Shown here: positions 24,931-37,727 of the stretch, one piece after another
How the letters are laid out: each line of letters starts with the position of its first letter
Position numbering within the stretch: the stretch's first letter is position 1
Assembly: GCF_001194135.2 (NCBI RefSeq)
Contig: NC_068983.1
Coordinates: 141,216,135 to 141,280,134 of the forward strand
From: Octopus bimaculoides
Taxonomy: Eukaryota
DNA: 64,000 nucleotides
Direction: 5' to 3'
Notes under the pieces: model-generated
Told to the model about the DNA's origin: nothing
The model's input: the letters and a program-made list of their open reading frames with translations, nothing else
Database searches by the model: none
Position numbers and translations under genes: made by a program

Positions 24931-25105
24931 CTGTGTGGTAAGTATAGGCGCAGGAGTGACTGTGACTTGCTTACCAACCATATGGTTCCGGGTTCAGCCC
25001 CACTGCATGGCACCTTGGGCAAGTGTCTTCTACTATAGCCTCGGGCCAACCAAAGCCTTGTGAGTGGATTTGGTAGACGGAAACTGAAAGACCGTCGTAA
25101 GTATA
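24931..25105 (+). mobile_element. tRNA-derived SINE, family A (CORE-like), 5' half with rearranged head
   Basis: taggcgcaggagtg...ggttccgggttcagcccc (B box)...ccttgggcaagtgtcttctactatagcc (CORE-like segment). Alignable to the 49192-49615 copy. Confidence 0.9.
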
Positions 25106-25177
25106 TGTGTGTGTGTGTGTGATAGGTGAACCGTGATATGGCGAGGGATTACTGTATATATATATATATATAAATAT

Positions 25178-25320
25178 ATATACGATGGGCTTCAATATCC
25201 CTCTACGAAATCTACTCACAAGGCTTTGGTCAGCTCGAGGCTATAGTAGAAGACACTTGCCCAAACTGCCACGCGGTCAGACTGAACCCAGAACCATGTG
25301 GTTGGGAGGCAAGTTTCTTA
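25178..25320 (-). mobile_element. tRNA-derived SINE, family A, 5' half, inverted relative to the 24931 copy
   Basis: ctcacaaggctttggtcagctcgaggctatagtagaagacacttgccc...gaaccatgtggttgg is the reverse complement of the family A head and body. Confidence 0.9.
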
Positions 25321-25530
25321 TGGTATATATTATAATATTTAATAATAGTATTATACATATTTACGTTACTAAGTTTCAAAATCTTTTGTGTAGGGTCCGA
25401 GATATCATGTGCCTTAAGTGAAAGGAAAACGTTCAATTTCTTTTATAAACAGAAAGTAGGGTCTGAGGGTAGTGAGATTGTGGCTTAATTGAAGAGTGAA
25501 AAGCAGTCATGTGCATTTCTGTGGCCAAGT

Positions 25531-25562
25531 ATAGTAGTAGTAGTAGTAGTAATATGTCCAAT

Positions 25563-25615
<53 letters not shown>
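25531..25615. repeat. (TAG)n and (AGAT)n microsatellites
   Basis: Directly visible. Confidence 0.93.
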
Positions 25616-25616
<1 letters not shown>

Positions 25617-25758
25617 GTGTAAGCATGCATATACGTATATATNNNNNNNNNNNNNNNNNNNNNNNNNNNNNNNNNNNNNNNNNNNNNNNNNNNNNNNNNN
25701 NNNNNNNNNNNNNNNNNNNNNNNNNNNNNNNNNNNNNNNNNNNNNNNNNNNNNNNNNN

Positions 25759-25798
<40 letters not shown>

Positions 25799-26569
25799 AC
25801 CTCAAGAACTTTTGCGATGGATTCCAGTAGCTATAATACTACTGTACTCTACTCGGATAAATATCTTATATTTTAAGGCAGAACCAGGAAGGATGCAATC
25901 AATTGTCTCTTATTCTGATTGTAAAAAAAAAATCGGTGTTGTTTTTCTACGGATGTATAATTGTTTTCTCTTTTTTTTTTTTTCAGGTGTAGTTAATCGT
26001 TGATCCTGAGCCGCTGAGATACAAACTTCTCTTTTATTATAGCCATTGTGAACTATAATATTTATTTACTTGCGTCCTCTTTGTCTAGTTTCACCGAATA
26101 TTTACCAAGCAATCGCTTTACTTCCGATTTTTTAAATTTTGTTTCTATTTTTAGGTTTAGGTTTTGTTTTAAATTTGTCTTTTGAAATTGTGTTTCTGTT
26201 TCCTGTTATCCTTACTTAAACATTTTCCGTTGCTAAAGTTAACTTATAGGCCGTATATCATTGTTTACTTCAATACAAGGAAAATGCTATTTATATTGTC
26301 ATATTTCTAATTTGTTATATCCAACAAAAGTTACAAACAGATTATTTTCTATTTGGATCAGGCCTTTTCTCTTCACCATTTATATTGTCTGTCAATATCA
26401 ACTTTATGATATGAGTATCCATGACAACATCTTCTGGTAGATACTTTTTACAGCACTAAGCCACACCATGATCATAAGCCCAACCCACGCAAAAATATCT
26501 CCTGAGATATATGCCTGTGTGATTGTACGTGCAGTTTTGATATCATTTCTGCTTGTTACCTTAGGTTTG

Positions 26570-27250
26570 GATATAAAGAATGGAAGAACCAGGATCATTC
26601 ATTATCTTCTCTTCATAGATGACACTAAATTATATGTTAAAAGTTTCCCCTGGCTCCTCAGTATTGAGAAAGCATATGAAAATATCATATGGACTGGATA
26701 AATATTTACATTATGATAAATAGAAAGAAGACAGCTAATTCCGGAAGATGATTTATAATTCTATGGAGAGGAGATAATAGAGGAGTTGGATAAACTGGAT
26801 TTTTACGAATGAGAAATGTTTGTTTTGACATTGTCGAAAACAGGTTAAAATTCCATTTCAGTAGCAGAAAGAACAACTAAGCGATGTAAAAATAGTTTGA
26901 ATGGCTGCTTTAATATGCAATTCCTTAACATTACCCAGAGGCGTGACTTACGTAAAATTCTATAAATTTCAACATTTGAAATACTAGAAAAATCGTCTTA
27001 CAGTACTTAAATCCAACATCCAAAGACTATTGAGTATTAATTTTAAGAAGCATGTTGTCCATACTCCTTTCTATCTTTCAAACTAACGAGGGGATCTGCT
27101 ACATAGTTTTCTTATCTATGATCCTACAAGATATAATTGATTATCAGAGAAGCAACAAGGTTCGCCAAATAAACTGAATTAGGATTCGAACAAATATTTA
27201 AACATAAGGCAAAGCACAAACGGATACATTAATTGCACTTTGGGAAACAA
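26570..27250 (+). mobile_element. Decayed R4/Dong-like LINE RT fragment
   Basis: RIIHYLLFIDDTKLYVKS matches the HLLFMDDLKLY active-site segment, followed by GEEIIEELD. Many stops downstream. Confidence 0.55.
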
Positions 27251-28080
27251 CCAGAACGATATACCTTTACAAGAGTCAAGCCTCCTACAGAATTAATGCT
27301 CCTCATATAATTAGAACAAATAGCCCTGACCTGAAGGCAAACATCCTGCCGAACGGTGCAACATAAAGACGATTGTTTGACATATAAGAGTAGGCCATTG
27401 CCACAAGATATAATGAATGGAATATCTAATGAATGTCATAAACTTCAGAGTAAATACAATGGCAGGATATGTGATGCGTGTGATTCAATACAGCAAATCA
27501 AATCTCGAATTACTTGATTAAATCTTTCAAAGAATTCTCACGGAGGATGTCGTGTTTGTTAGATAACTAAGAGATGAAACATTATTAATATCAAATGACA
27601 ATACAAGAAGGGATATTAAGAGCGAAGCAGATGTATACAGAGGTGCAATTGTCAACTTAAAATGTTATATATTAAAATGTCAATGAAAACACGTTAACTA
27701 TGAGAACAATATTGAAAAGAAATACCTGAAAGTAAAGTGTTTCTCTTCACTCGTCTGAGCGTTAGAGAAGTAGAGTTAGGCGAAGGAGAGATCAGAACGA
27801 TAAGAGGGAAATGAAAGGTGTATGACTGGAAATGCAAGACAGACACGCTACAGCAAATAAGTCAAAAGTAACTAAAATCACTGCAGACAAATGATGAACA
27901 CTATAGTGGAAAAGTATTTACATCATGAAAAAAAAAATTAAATTCCAGGTTATTAAAATGTGTTAGAAACAAGAGTATTGCAGCACATTAGAGGATGGTA
28001 AGTGACATCATGCTTGTACGACTAATGCGAGTAGCTCCGACAAAAATTTGAAGATGTATTTGAAGAGACAGGATGCCAAG

Positions 28081-29237
28081 CTTGATAGACGCTATGGAAT
28101 TGCATAGGGGAGCATAGATAAATCAGGGCTAGATAAATTTCACTTATATAAATTCGTGAGCGGATATAATTAAGAAATATAATGTTTTCATTGATGTATT
28201 TCATGTAGACATTTTCCTCATAATATATTTTCCTGTTGGCGTCATATATATGGAGTAATTTTACATCAAGGAATGGAACGTACAATTTCTTGTAAGTTAG
28301 ACCCCCTCATGCTCTCAGCAGACAAAATAAAAAGGCGTTGTCCCGGAGGATGGCGACGGAGATCCGCTGGAACAGCCGCCACTCTGACTCACAGGACTCG
28401 CACTTGCGGACAGCCATCTTTGCCCTGATACCGGCGAGCAGGGTATGGGAAAATGTCATACCGATATGCCTGTTACCGTTCCGCCCATGCTGGGAAGGTA
28501 AACCTGCGGCGTCAAAGCCATGTTTTATGATTTTGTTAAGGGCGGCATGGCGTGGAAGGCGACCAACACTGTTGTTTCTTTTGCTGATGGTGTCGTTCTG
28601 TATTAGGTGTAAATATTAGGTGTTGCACGAGGATGCCGAGTTATGGGCATTCTGCAGTTTTATCCAGGCTTCCGTCTTTGAGGATGGAATGAGTTTTATA
28701 TTTCTATTTTCCTTCTCGCCATAATAACAACAACCTTCTACTTGTCTCGAAAAAATATCCCCTCAAAAGGATTTCGAAGGGATTTAGCAGTGACCATGTA
28801 TGTTGAGACTGAAAGCACGTGTACAGTTCTACTGGTATTTAGATATTTCAACATTTTGAACCATAGCAATGAGTGTATGAAGAAAATTAGGAGTAATAAC
28901 AGCAATATCATCAAGACATTTATTGCCAGTGACAACAAAAAATAACAAAAATCAGACCATCAACAAGTTATTCTTCTCTATTTATAACGAAAACCACTTT
29001 TAGGCTAGGTACTTCACAAAAGTGAACAGAAATTATAACAGTTGCAACATCACACGGACAGGCAAAAACTCAAATAAAAATGTGCCTCTAACTGAACAAC
29101 AATTTAGCCCCACATGAAATACATCAATAAAAACATTATTTTTCTTAATCATATCCGCTCAAGGATTTATAAAAGTGAAATTTATCTAGCTCTGATTTAT
29201 CTATTCTCCTTTATGCAATTCCATAGCATCTGTCAAC
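28081..29237. repeat. Inverted repeat pair, arms of about 126 bp (28081-28206 / 29112-29237), enclosing about 900 bp
   Basis: gctatggaattgcataggggagcatagataaatcagggctagataaatttcacttatataaattcgtgagcggatataattaagaaatataatgttttcattgatgtatttcatgt aligns to the reverse complement of 29112-29237 at about 85-90% by eye. Confidence 0.92.
28300..28600 (-). mobile_element. CRE-clade non-LTR retrotransposon 3' fragment (restriction-like endonuclease, internally deleted)
   Basis: Open minus frame SVGRLPRHAALNKIIKHGFDAAGLPSQHGRNGNRHIGMTFSH...ESEWRLFQRISVAILRDNAFLFCLLRA*. It matches the CRE C-terminal GRxxRHAALNDII...LxQRxSxAIQRGNA pattern. The PD-D core is degraded or deleted. Confidence 0.72.
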
Positions 29238-29314
29238 ACCTATCCCCACAAGCAAAACAGCAGACGTAAAATATACATAAACCAACTTCAATAAAACTAC
29301 ATGCATTGGACCAG

Positions 29315-29669
29315 ATGTTTTTCCAAATTCTTTCTTTTAGTAATTTTCTGTTTTAGGTGTATCTGGGGTGGTGGTGTTAATGAGGTGTAAGATAATGTCT
29401 TTTGATGAAAATGTTTGTTGATAGAAGTGTCTTTATATATATTGTTTGGGAGGGGAGGGGAGATGGGAGAGATTGTGCAAGCTGAAAAAGTATATGAGCT
29501 AACATGACCTCCCCACCTCCCCTCCCAAACCAATATATATATAAAAGAAACACTTCTATCAACAAGCATTTTTATCAAAAGACATGTATCTTGCACCTCA
29601 TTAACACTACCACCACCAAACACACACCTGAAACAGAAAATTACTAAAAGAAAGAATTTGGGAAAACAT
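29315..29669. repeat. Foldback hairpin, arms of 150-160 bp, loop about 45 nt
   Basis: atgtttttccaaattctttcttttagtaattttctgttttaggtgt...ttgtttgggaggggagg pairs with cctcccctcccaaaccaa...acacctgaaacagaaaattactaaaagaaagaatttgggaaaacat. About 85-90% identity by eye. Confidence 0.95.
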
Positions 29670-30299
29670 ATAGTCATTAGATTTCTGACAGACCAACTAT
29701 TCGAACGGCTTCACAAAACACTCCCTTAACATCCCACCACCTCCCAACTCCACTCCCAATCAAGTATCTTGTGTTGACCATTCACTACTTTCACTCTCAC
29801 ACTGATTAACAAATCCTAACCCACCCCAAACACAGCCAAATCTCATATAGGACCACAAAGCCCAAATCCTCAGATCTGCTGGACAACGAAAGCAAGAAAG
29901 TTTTCCCAAAAAGTTAACAAGGAACTTTTTAAAACAATCTCCAGGCCCAAGTTAACAAAGAACTTACTAGATTTATGAAGTAAAATTTATATTATTAAAA
30001 AAAAACAATAAATTAAACTGATTAGAACTGCTAGTGAAGTCATTCATTTTCTTTTTTCATATATACCTAACTGTACCAAGGGCCTCACACATTTTCCAAT
30101 ATATATATATATATATTGCTACAGTATAATTTCCACAGACTTAATTTTCTGCCTATTAGAGATTGGCTGAGGACACACCAGATACCATCACTGAATCTTT
30201 GTCTGTTGTTTACCATAGAATGCAGCTCCAAGAAAAATATGACCTTCGTTAAAACGTGAAATACAAATCGAGATCAGCTTCAGAAGATGTCTGCACATG

Positions 30300-30790
30300 C
30301 TGAACTCACTTACCAGAGGGCTTTGGAGCAGAGACAATGAATGTATTAGCTACTTTATCTTCACCTTAAAGGGATAGCTTCCTTGTACCCCAGTTATGAG
30401 TGAGACTGACTACCATGCTTGTAATCTAGTCTCAGTTCCAGTCCTCGTGAAGTTACGGATCGAACCAGACTCTGAGCAGTTTAACTAGTACACCTGGCCA
30501 GCGTCCCACATTGTTCGACTTCACATACCTATCTCAGCAAGTGTCACGTTATATAAGTCCACCGACTTCACGAGATTTGCCTTTGCTCCTGCCATCGCCT
30601 CACATTCCTTTAGAATGATGCCGACCAACTCTACTTCCGTGGCGTCCTACACCATTTTGATGACATTATCCTCACACGTCTCTCACTTCAGACTGGATAA
30701 CACTCAATACTTTGCAAGCCAATACTTACACAAGCAACAAGAGAGGATATCCTTGATGGCCGGAAACAGCAACATGAAGTTGTTGCTTAA
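30300..30790 (-). mobile_element. Decayed Tx1/L1-clade LINE RT fragment
   Basis: Minus translations GHQGYPLLLLV*VLA (RQGCPLSPLLYVLA), CEDNVIKMV*DATEVELVGIILKECEAMAGAKANLVKSV (YADD...GAKINxxKS), VKLLRVWFDP and TRKLSL*GEDKVAN. Confidence 0.72.
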
Positions 30791-31290
30791 GGTATGTAGC
30801 GGATTGAATTGACTTCATTTGAATACTTGTAGTCAGTAGATCAATACGATTAACTGAATCCAACGCCAATACCTGTTTTCATTCAGAACGTAAAATGATT
30901 CAACTAAAAACCGCAAGGCTTTTAGTAGAGTATTAAAAAAATGCTTTGCAGCATAGGTATATAAGATGATAAGAGGAGAGAGCGGTGGTTTGAGAAACAT
31001 TAATTTTAATATTCTTTCTGCCTGTATTCTATTTATTCAATAGTATCGCACTTTAAAGATTTCTTTGATTTTTCCGGTAAAGTTTATTGCAAACTTATCG
31101 ATGAACCTGAAGAAACAATTTTTTAAAATGATACTGACAATAATGTTCACTACCACACAAAGAATAGCCAGGAAAGATGTGACGAGGGAACAAGGTAAGG
31201 CGGAAGAATATATAATAATGGTAAAAGTCATGAATAGTCATAAGACGTCGATGGTAATGGTGATAATGATGCGTACTCCTCAGCAACTTA

Positions 31291-31336
<46 letters not shown>

Positions 31337-33362
31337 TGGCGGTGAGGAGGAGTACAAAGAGGTGAAAGATGATGATCATGATGGAAAATTAACAATATTC
31401 GGAGACTTTCTATCCCAGAAAGAACACGAGGACCATAATAGTTATGATTCATAGCCTAGTACTGTCGACCTATATCTAACAACTAGAACAAAACCCGAAA
31501 GCGAAAATTTACACCACAGTCATAACAGAGTAAGACTTGCAAGCTATGAGATAGAAAGCAAAAATAAATCAAGATTAATCAGCAAAATAACAGTAATATG
31601 ACGGCATCAAAGACTTAGACCGTTTATGAAAAAATGACCATAAACTAAAATCATGGGAATAAACGTGACCAAATTCAACAACCAGTATATCGAAGCCTAC
31701 TAAGCAAAGATAGTACAGGAACCGACAACTGAAATCAAAAGGAAACATCGTACAAGCACTAATGCCAAAACGTAGGAATATGGAATAAATAGATCTGGAA
31801 TGGGAAGGTAAGTTAAATATAAAGATAAAAGATTTTTTTTAAAAATTAATATAGCTAATGGATACAAGTTGAGATAAACTTTCTAAAATATATTGCATTT
31901 CTGCTCACGAAGGCGAAATTTTGCACCTTATCATAACATATGAGTAAATGACACGCAAACGTGCATTTACTNNNNNNNNNNNNNNNNNNNNNNNNNNNNN
32001 NNNNNNNNNNNNNNNNNNNNNNNNNNNNNNNNNNNNNNNNNNNNNNNNNNNNNNNNNNNNNNNNNNNNNNNNNNNNNNNNNNNNNNNNNNNNNNNNNNNN
32101 NNNNNNNNNNNNNNNNNNNNNNNNNNNNNNNNNNNNNNNNNNNNNNNNNNNNNNNNNNNNNNNNNNNNNNNNNNNNNNNNNNNNNNNNNNNNNNNNNNNN
32201 NNNNNNNNNNNNNNNNNNNNNNNNNNNNNNNNNNNNNNNNNNNNNNNNNNNNNNNNNNNNNNNNNNNNNNNNNNNNNNNNNNNNNNNNNNNNNNNNNNNN
32301 NNNNNNNNNNNNNNNNNNNNNNNNNNNNNNNNNNNNNNNNNNNNNNNNNNNNNNNNNNNNNNNNNNNNNNNNNNNNNNNNNNNNNNNNNNNNNNNNNNNN
32401 NNNNNNNNNNNNNNNNNNNNNNNNNNNNNNNNNNNNNNNNNNNNNNNNNNNNNNNNNNNNNNNNNNNNNNNNNNNNNNNNNNNNNNNNNNNNNNNNNNNN
32501 NNNNNNNNNNNNNNNNNNNNNNNNNNNNNNNNNNNNNNNNNNNNNNNNNNNNNNNNNNNNNNNNNNNNNNNNNNNNNNNNNNNNNNNNNNNNNNNNNNNN
32601 NNNNNNNNNNNNNNNNNNNNNNNNNNNNNNNNNNNNNNNNNNNNNNNNNNNNNNNNNNNNNNNNNNNNNNNNNNNNNNNNNNNNNNNNNNNNNNNNNNNN
32701 NNNNNNNNNNNNNNNNNNNNNNNNNNNNNNNNNNNNNNNNNNNNNNNNNNNNNNNNNNNNNNNNNNNNNNNNNNNNNNNNNNNNNNNNNNNNNNNNNNNN
32801 NNNNNNNNNNNNNNNNNNNNNNNNNNNNNNNNNNNNNNNNNNNNNNNNNNNNNNNNNNNNNNNNNNNNNNNNNNNNNNNNNNNNNNNNNNNNNNNNNNNN
32901 NNNNNNNNNNNNNNNNNNNNNNNNNNNNNNNNNNNNNNNNNNNTATATATATATATATATATATACATACATACATACATACATACATACATACACATAT
33001 ATATATATATATTCACCAAACAACCACTATCGTGTTTCTCTCTCCACTTTCCTTCTTTTCACTCTCGTAGTACTACTCCCCTCTCTCTTTTTCTCTCCCG
33101 CCCCCTCTTCTCCTCCGTGTGTGTGTGCGTGTGTGTGTGTGTGAGCGTGAGTGTGTATTTATTTGCTTTTATTGTTATATATTCCTGTATTTTCCCGAGT
33201 GTTTTTCTGGGTTATTGCGTTTAAGTTTTTATATTTCTATGTGTATGCATTTTCTGCAAGTTATGATCTCACTCTCTCACTCCCTTCTTTCATTCTATAT
33301 CTCTCTTTTCTTCTGTGTCAGTCTGTCTGTCAGTTTCTCTCTATCTTCCACTCTCTGTCTCC

Positions 33363-33409
<47 letters not shown>

Positions 33410-34121
33410 NNNNNNNNNNNNNNNNNNNNNNNNNNNNNNNNNNNNNNNNNNNNNNNNNNNNNNNNNNNNNNNNNNNNNNNNNNNNNNNNNNNNNNNNNNN
33501 NNNNNNNNNNNNNNNNNNNNNNNNNNNNNNNNNNNNNNNNNNNNNNNNNNNNNNNNNNNNNNNNNNNNNNNNNNNNNNNNNNNNNNNNNNNNNNNNNNNN
33601 NNNNNNNNNNNNNNNNNNNNNNNNNNNNNNNNNNNNNNNNNNNNNNNNNNNNNNNNNNNNNNNNNNNNNNNNNNNNNNNNNNNNNNNNNNNNNNNNNNNN
33701 NNNNNNNNNNNNNNNNNNNNNNNNNNNNNNNNNNNNNNNNNNNNNNNNNNNNNNNNNNNNNNNNNNNNNNNNNNNNNNNNNNNNNNNNNNNNNNNNNNNN
33801 NNNNNNNNNNNNNNNNNNNNNNNNNNNNNNNNNNNNNNNNNNNNNNNNNNNNNNNNNNNNNNNNNNNNNNNNNNNNNNNNNNNNNNNNNNNNNNNNNNNN
33901 NNNNNNNNNNNNNNNNNNNNNNNNNNNNNNNNNNNNNNNNNNNNNNNNNNNNNNNNNNNNNNNNNNNNNNNNNNNNNNNNNNNNNNNNNNNNNNNNNNNN
34001 NNNNNNNNNNNNNNNNNNNNNNNNNNNNNNNNNNNNNNNNNNNNNNNNNNNNNNNNNNNNNNNNNNNNNNNNNNNNNTATATATACATATATATATACAC
34101 ACACACACACACACATATATT

Positions 34122-34194
<73 letters not shown>

Positions 34195-34845
34195 CTTGGC
34201 AAATATCATAAAGCTGCAATGAGAATATTATCTTAGTGTATTAATTTTGCCAAAGAACTCTAAGAAATTGGAATTTGTTTTTACTTTTGAGAATTATGTT
34301 GAGAAATGTAAAGAGAGATTAAAGTGTTTTTGACACGAAGAAAATAAAGCATTCTGTACATATATGCAAATAAATATTATACATACTTAGTATTCTTAGA
34401 AAAAGTGATGTTTTCTGGTAAAAAGACCAAGCACCCCGAGCAGAACTTCAGCCTTCATCAGTAGAGAAATAACGCCACTAATTCTAATGTGATGGCTGAA
34501 TATCATATAGACTAGCGTCAGGAAGGTTTTGATAATAAACTATGAATCCTCGCATATTTGTCGACCGAAATCAAAACTTTTGCCTTATGTTTCAAATTAT
34601 GTCAATAAATATCACAAATTTCAAAATAATAATTAAACATATAAAGGTGCATTTGCCGTACAGAGAGTGCACGCAGTGAGAATATATCGTAGTTCTAATT
34701 AGAGCAAAGATTACTCATAAACTAGATAAATTCACAATTATGAGAATTATGAATGGAAGTAAATAGATAGCTTAAGCTGTTTCACAGATAGAAAATAAAA
34801 TAGATTACACATAGATATATACACACACATATATATATATACACA

Positions 34846-34880
<35 letters not shown>

Positions 34881-35389
34881 ATATACATATACATTTGTAA
34901 ATATAGACAAGTAACCGTCGATAAAAAAATATTGTAGGGGAAGTGAATGGATGGACAAGGATGGACAGCGTTACATTGGGTTTAAGACAAAGGAATGGTA
35001 CTAGGAAAAGGAAGGGGAGGATATGTGCTGGCTAGTTTGTGTTAGGGCGAAAGTTTGTGTAGCTAGCTAGCTTAGGTCGGGATGCGTATACATACATTCG
35101 CACACGCACACGGTCGTACATACACTCACACAAGGGACTTTAGCCCACCCGCCCATATGTTCAATTTCGGCTATAGTTCGTATAATTTATGGTTAGAAGA
35201 TAATCTTACCATATGCCTGTCATCCCAATCACCAAAAGACTAGGGCAGCTCGCAGACAGTCTGAATCGCTCCACATCTATATCACCGAGGGTGAATCACA
35301 CACCCTTACACCTGTATATACGTACCTACATGCGTACATACATTTACACATACATATACACATATACATACACATGTCCATATATATAT

Positions 35390-35422
<33 letters not shown>

Positions 35423-36055
35423 CATTTATATATATATATATACACATACACACACATGTGTACGTATGTACCCATACATATATATATATATCCGAGTATA
35501 ATTAACACAATAAAGTAAATATTTGTCTCTTTAGTTAATAAATCTATTGTGCTTTTTTCTTTTAAGGCTATACTCTAGTTTCTTGCTGTTGCGGTCTGTA
35601 GGCATCTTATGCGAACGTACCTAAATACAAGTAGCGTTCTCATCTGGTCCTTCTTCTGTAGGTTTGCAATTCATTCCAGTTAAGGGGTGCGGTTTAATCC
35701 GAGTTGTCGGGGTTATGGTTTGCATCAGTTAGGTGCAGTTGCATTATACTGTGTTAACAGGTATTTAGCTTTATGCACGCATCATGGCAGTCGTTCAGCA
35801 AATCTATTTATAATTTGCTCTTTTGCCAACAATATTGACAGCGATTACTCGGAACATAGCTGTCATTTCCAGGATAATGTGTTCTAGGGGCTCGCGAATC
35901 TAATTATTGACCATTATCTCAACTAACACTGCGGAGTTCCTCAAGTAGATCCAACGGTAATATACCCCGACTGCGGATGACACCATGTAGTCCATACTGT
36001 GCCAGTGCTCTACTTAACTCTTCATCACACTAATCGACATATACCCATTAGTCTA

Positions 36056-36095
<40 letters not shown>

Positions 36096-36244
36096 NNNNN
36101 NNNNNNNNNNNNNNNNNNNNNNNNNNNNNNNNNNNNNNNNNNNNNNNNNNNNNNNNNNNNNNNNNNNNNNNNNNNNNNNNNNNNNNNNNNNNNNNNNNNN
36201 NNNNNNNNNNNNNNNNNNATATATATATATATATACACACACAA

Positions 36245-36700
36245 GTTTTCTGCAGCACCATGCACCATGTGTTGCCAGTGAACATGGTCTTCAGTGACCA
36301 CTTTTATCAGATATTACTTCTTGAGATACTTTTCATATTTTCATATTACATACTTTTGCATTTATCTCAACGCAAAGCCAATCATAGAGTACATTCAGTT
36401 TTTTATCACCATATAACATTTCTACTTTACTCTATATTGAATATTCAGAGTTTTATGACTAAGAAATTCCTGGTTGGTGTTCGGTGAGCTGGACGACCAC
36501 TGCGCATCAGCCACCCTTCAGCTTTTGGTAAAACACATCTTTCGGAAAAAGTCACTCTGATATAAAACCGAATATGCAGGGAAAAGCTTTGAGCATTTCA
36601 GTGATCTTTTCCTTGCCCTTGAAATCATGGTACTTTCACATTCCTGGCCCTCCGAACCATATTGGTACGAGATATTTTGCACCAACTTAACTCTAAATGA
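36245..36700 (-). mobile_element. Possible RTE-like LINE 3' remnant
   Basis: YGSE near 36660 and TEDHVHWQHMVHGAAE near 36270 resemble RTE C-terminal motifs. The middle is unalignable. Confidence 0.25.
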
Positions 36701-36716
36701 TGTCAATATGATATCA

Positions 36717-37085
36717 GTAGAGTGGAGCCTGTATGTGATAATGAGTTGTGCTTCCCAAACACATAGTTCCCGGGTTCGTTCCCACTGCTTGGCATTCTGA
36801 GCACATGTTTTCTACTATAGCTTCAGGCCGAATGTAGCCTTGTGAATGGATTTGGTAGACGGAAACTAAAAGAAGCCGATCGTGTATCTATGTGTGTATA
36901 TATGTGTGTGAGTTGCCCAGCCCACCTCTTGACAACCGGTGTTGGTGTGTTTACCCTCTGCAATTAAGCAATAGAATAAGTACCAAATTTAAAAACTCAG
37001 TACTGGGGTTGATTCATTCGGCTAAAGTTCTCCAACGCGGTGCCACAGCATGGTCGCAGTCTAATGACTGAAACAAGTAAAAGGT
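36717..37085 (+). mobile_element. tRNA-derived SINE, family A, near full-length, diverged
   Basis: Head with ttcccgggttcgttccc, body gtgaatggatttggtagacggaaact and tail cagcatggtcgcagtctaatgactgaaacaagtaaaag. Colinear with the 49192 copy. Confidence 0.85.
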
Positions 37086-37596
37086 AAATGATATATTTAA
37101 CATTACAGATATCTTAAATATCAAGCAACATATTTTTTTAATTCATCAAAATTACCTCCACCTTTAGACAATATATCATAATTACCAAATAGCACTTCAG
37201 TTCAGGTGATAATCTCAAAAGTAAAGAATTTCTCCGAAACTGACATGCCAATAAGGAGGACGAGGAGCTTATTTGCTGGAGATAGGAGGACACTCGAGCA
37301 CACGTATTTCTCGTTCAGTAGAGGTCATCAGTATGACAATTGTACAGTCTAATCTCTAGTAAACAAGGGACATAGACATATTCAAAGGAGTAGTATGAAT
37401 TTGTCTTAGGTAATTTGTATAATTTAAATAAAGCAAAATAATTCAGAGTGGTGAGTGGCATATATTTGAACAACATAGTCAAATGAAAAGGTGATTGGAC
37501 TTGGCATCAGTTCCGTCTCAGCGGTTACTTAACCGAGTAGATGCTTAGAGGCATCCCTCCGGCGTTGTAGCAATTTTGTCAATACGCTTCTATGTT

Positions 37597-37727
37597 TTGG
37601 TACATATTTACGGCTCCGAAAGAATGAAAGGTAAACTTAACCTCCACGCCAGTTGAATACAGAGTGAAATGAACCGGAACAAATAGCACAAAGCATTTTA
37701 CCTAACGCTCTAACATTTCGGCCAATT
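37597..37727 (-). mobile_element. Diverged family B SINE fragment
   Basis: tggtacatattta...ccgaaagaatgaaaggtaaacttaacctc...aagcatttta resembles the 24495 copy. Confidence 0.5.

Noticed and set aside
31065-31454. 129-aa ORF with acidic tail
   Set aside because: Reads through an (AT)n run and degenerate GAT/AAT repeats; low-complexity origin.
37285-37340. Second hammerhead-like core (ctgatga cctctactgaacga gaaa, minus strand)
   Set aside because: Stem II closing pair is a mismatch and there is no stem III or NUH site.
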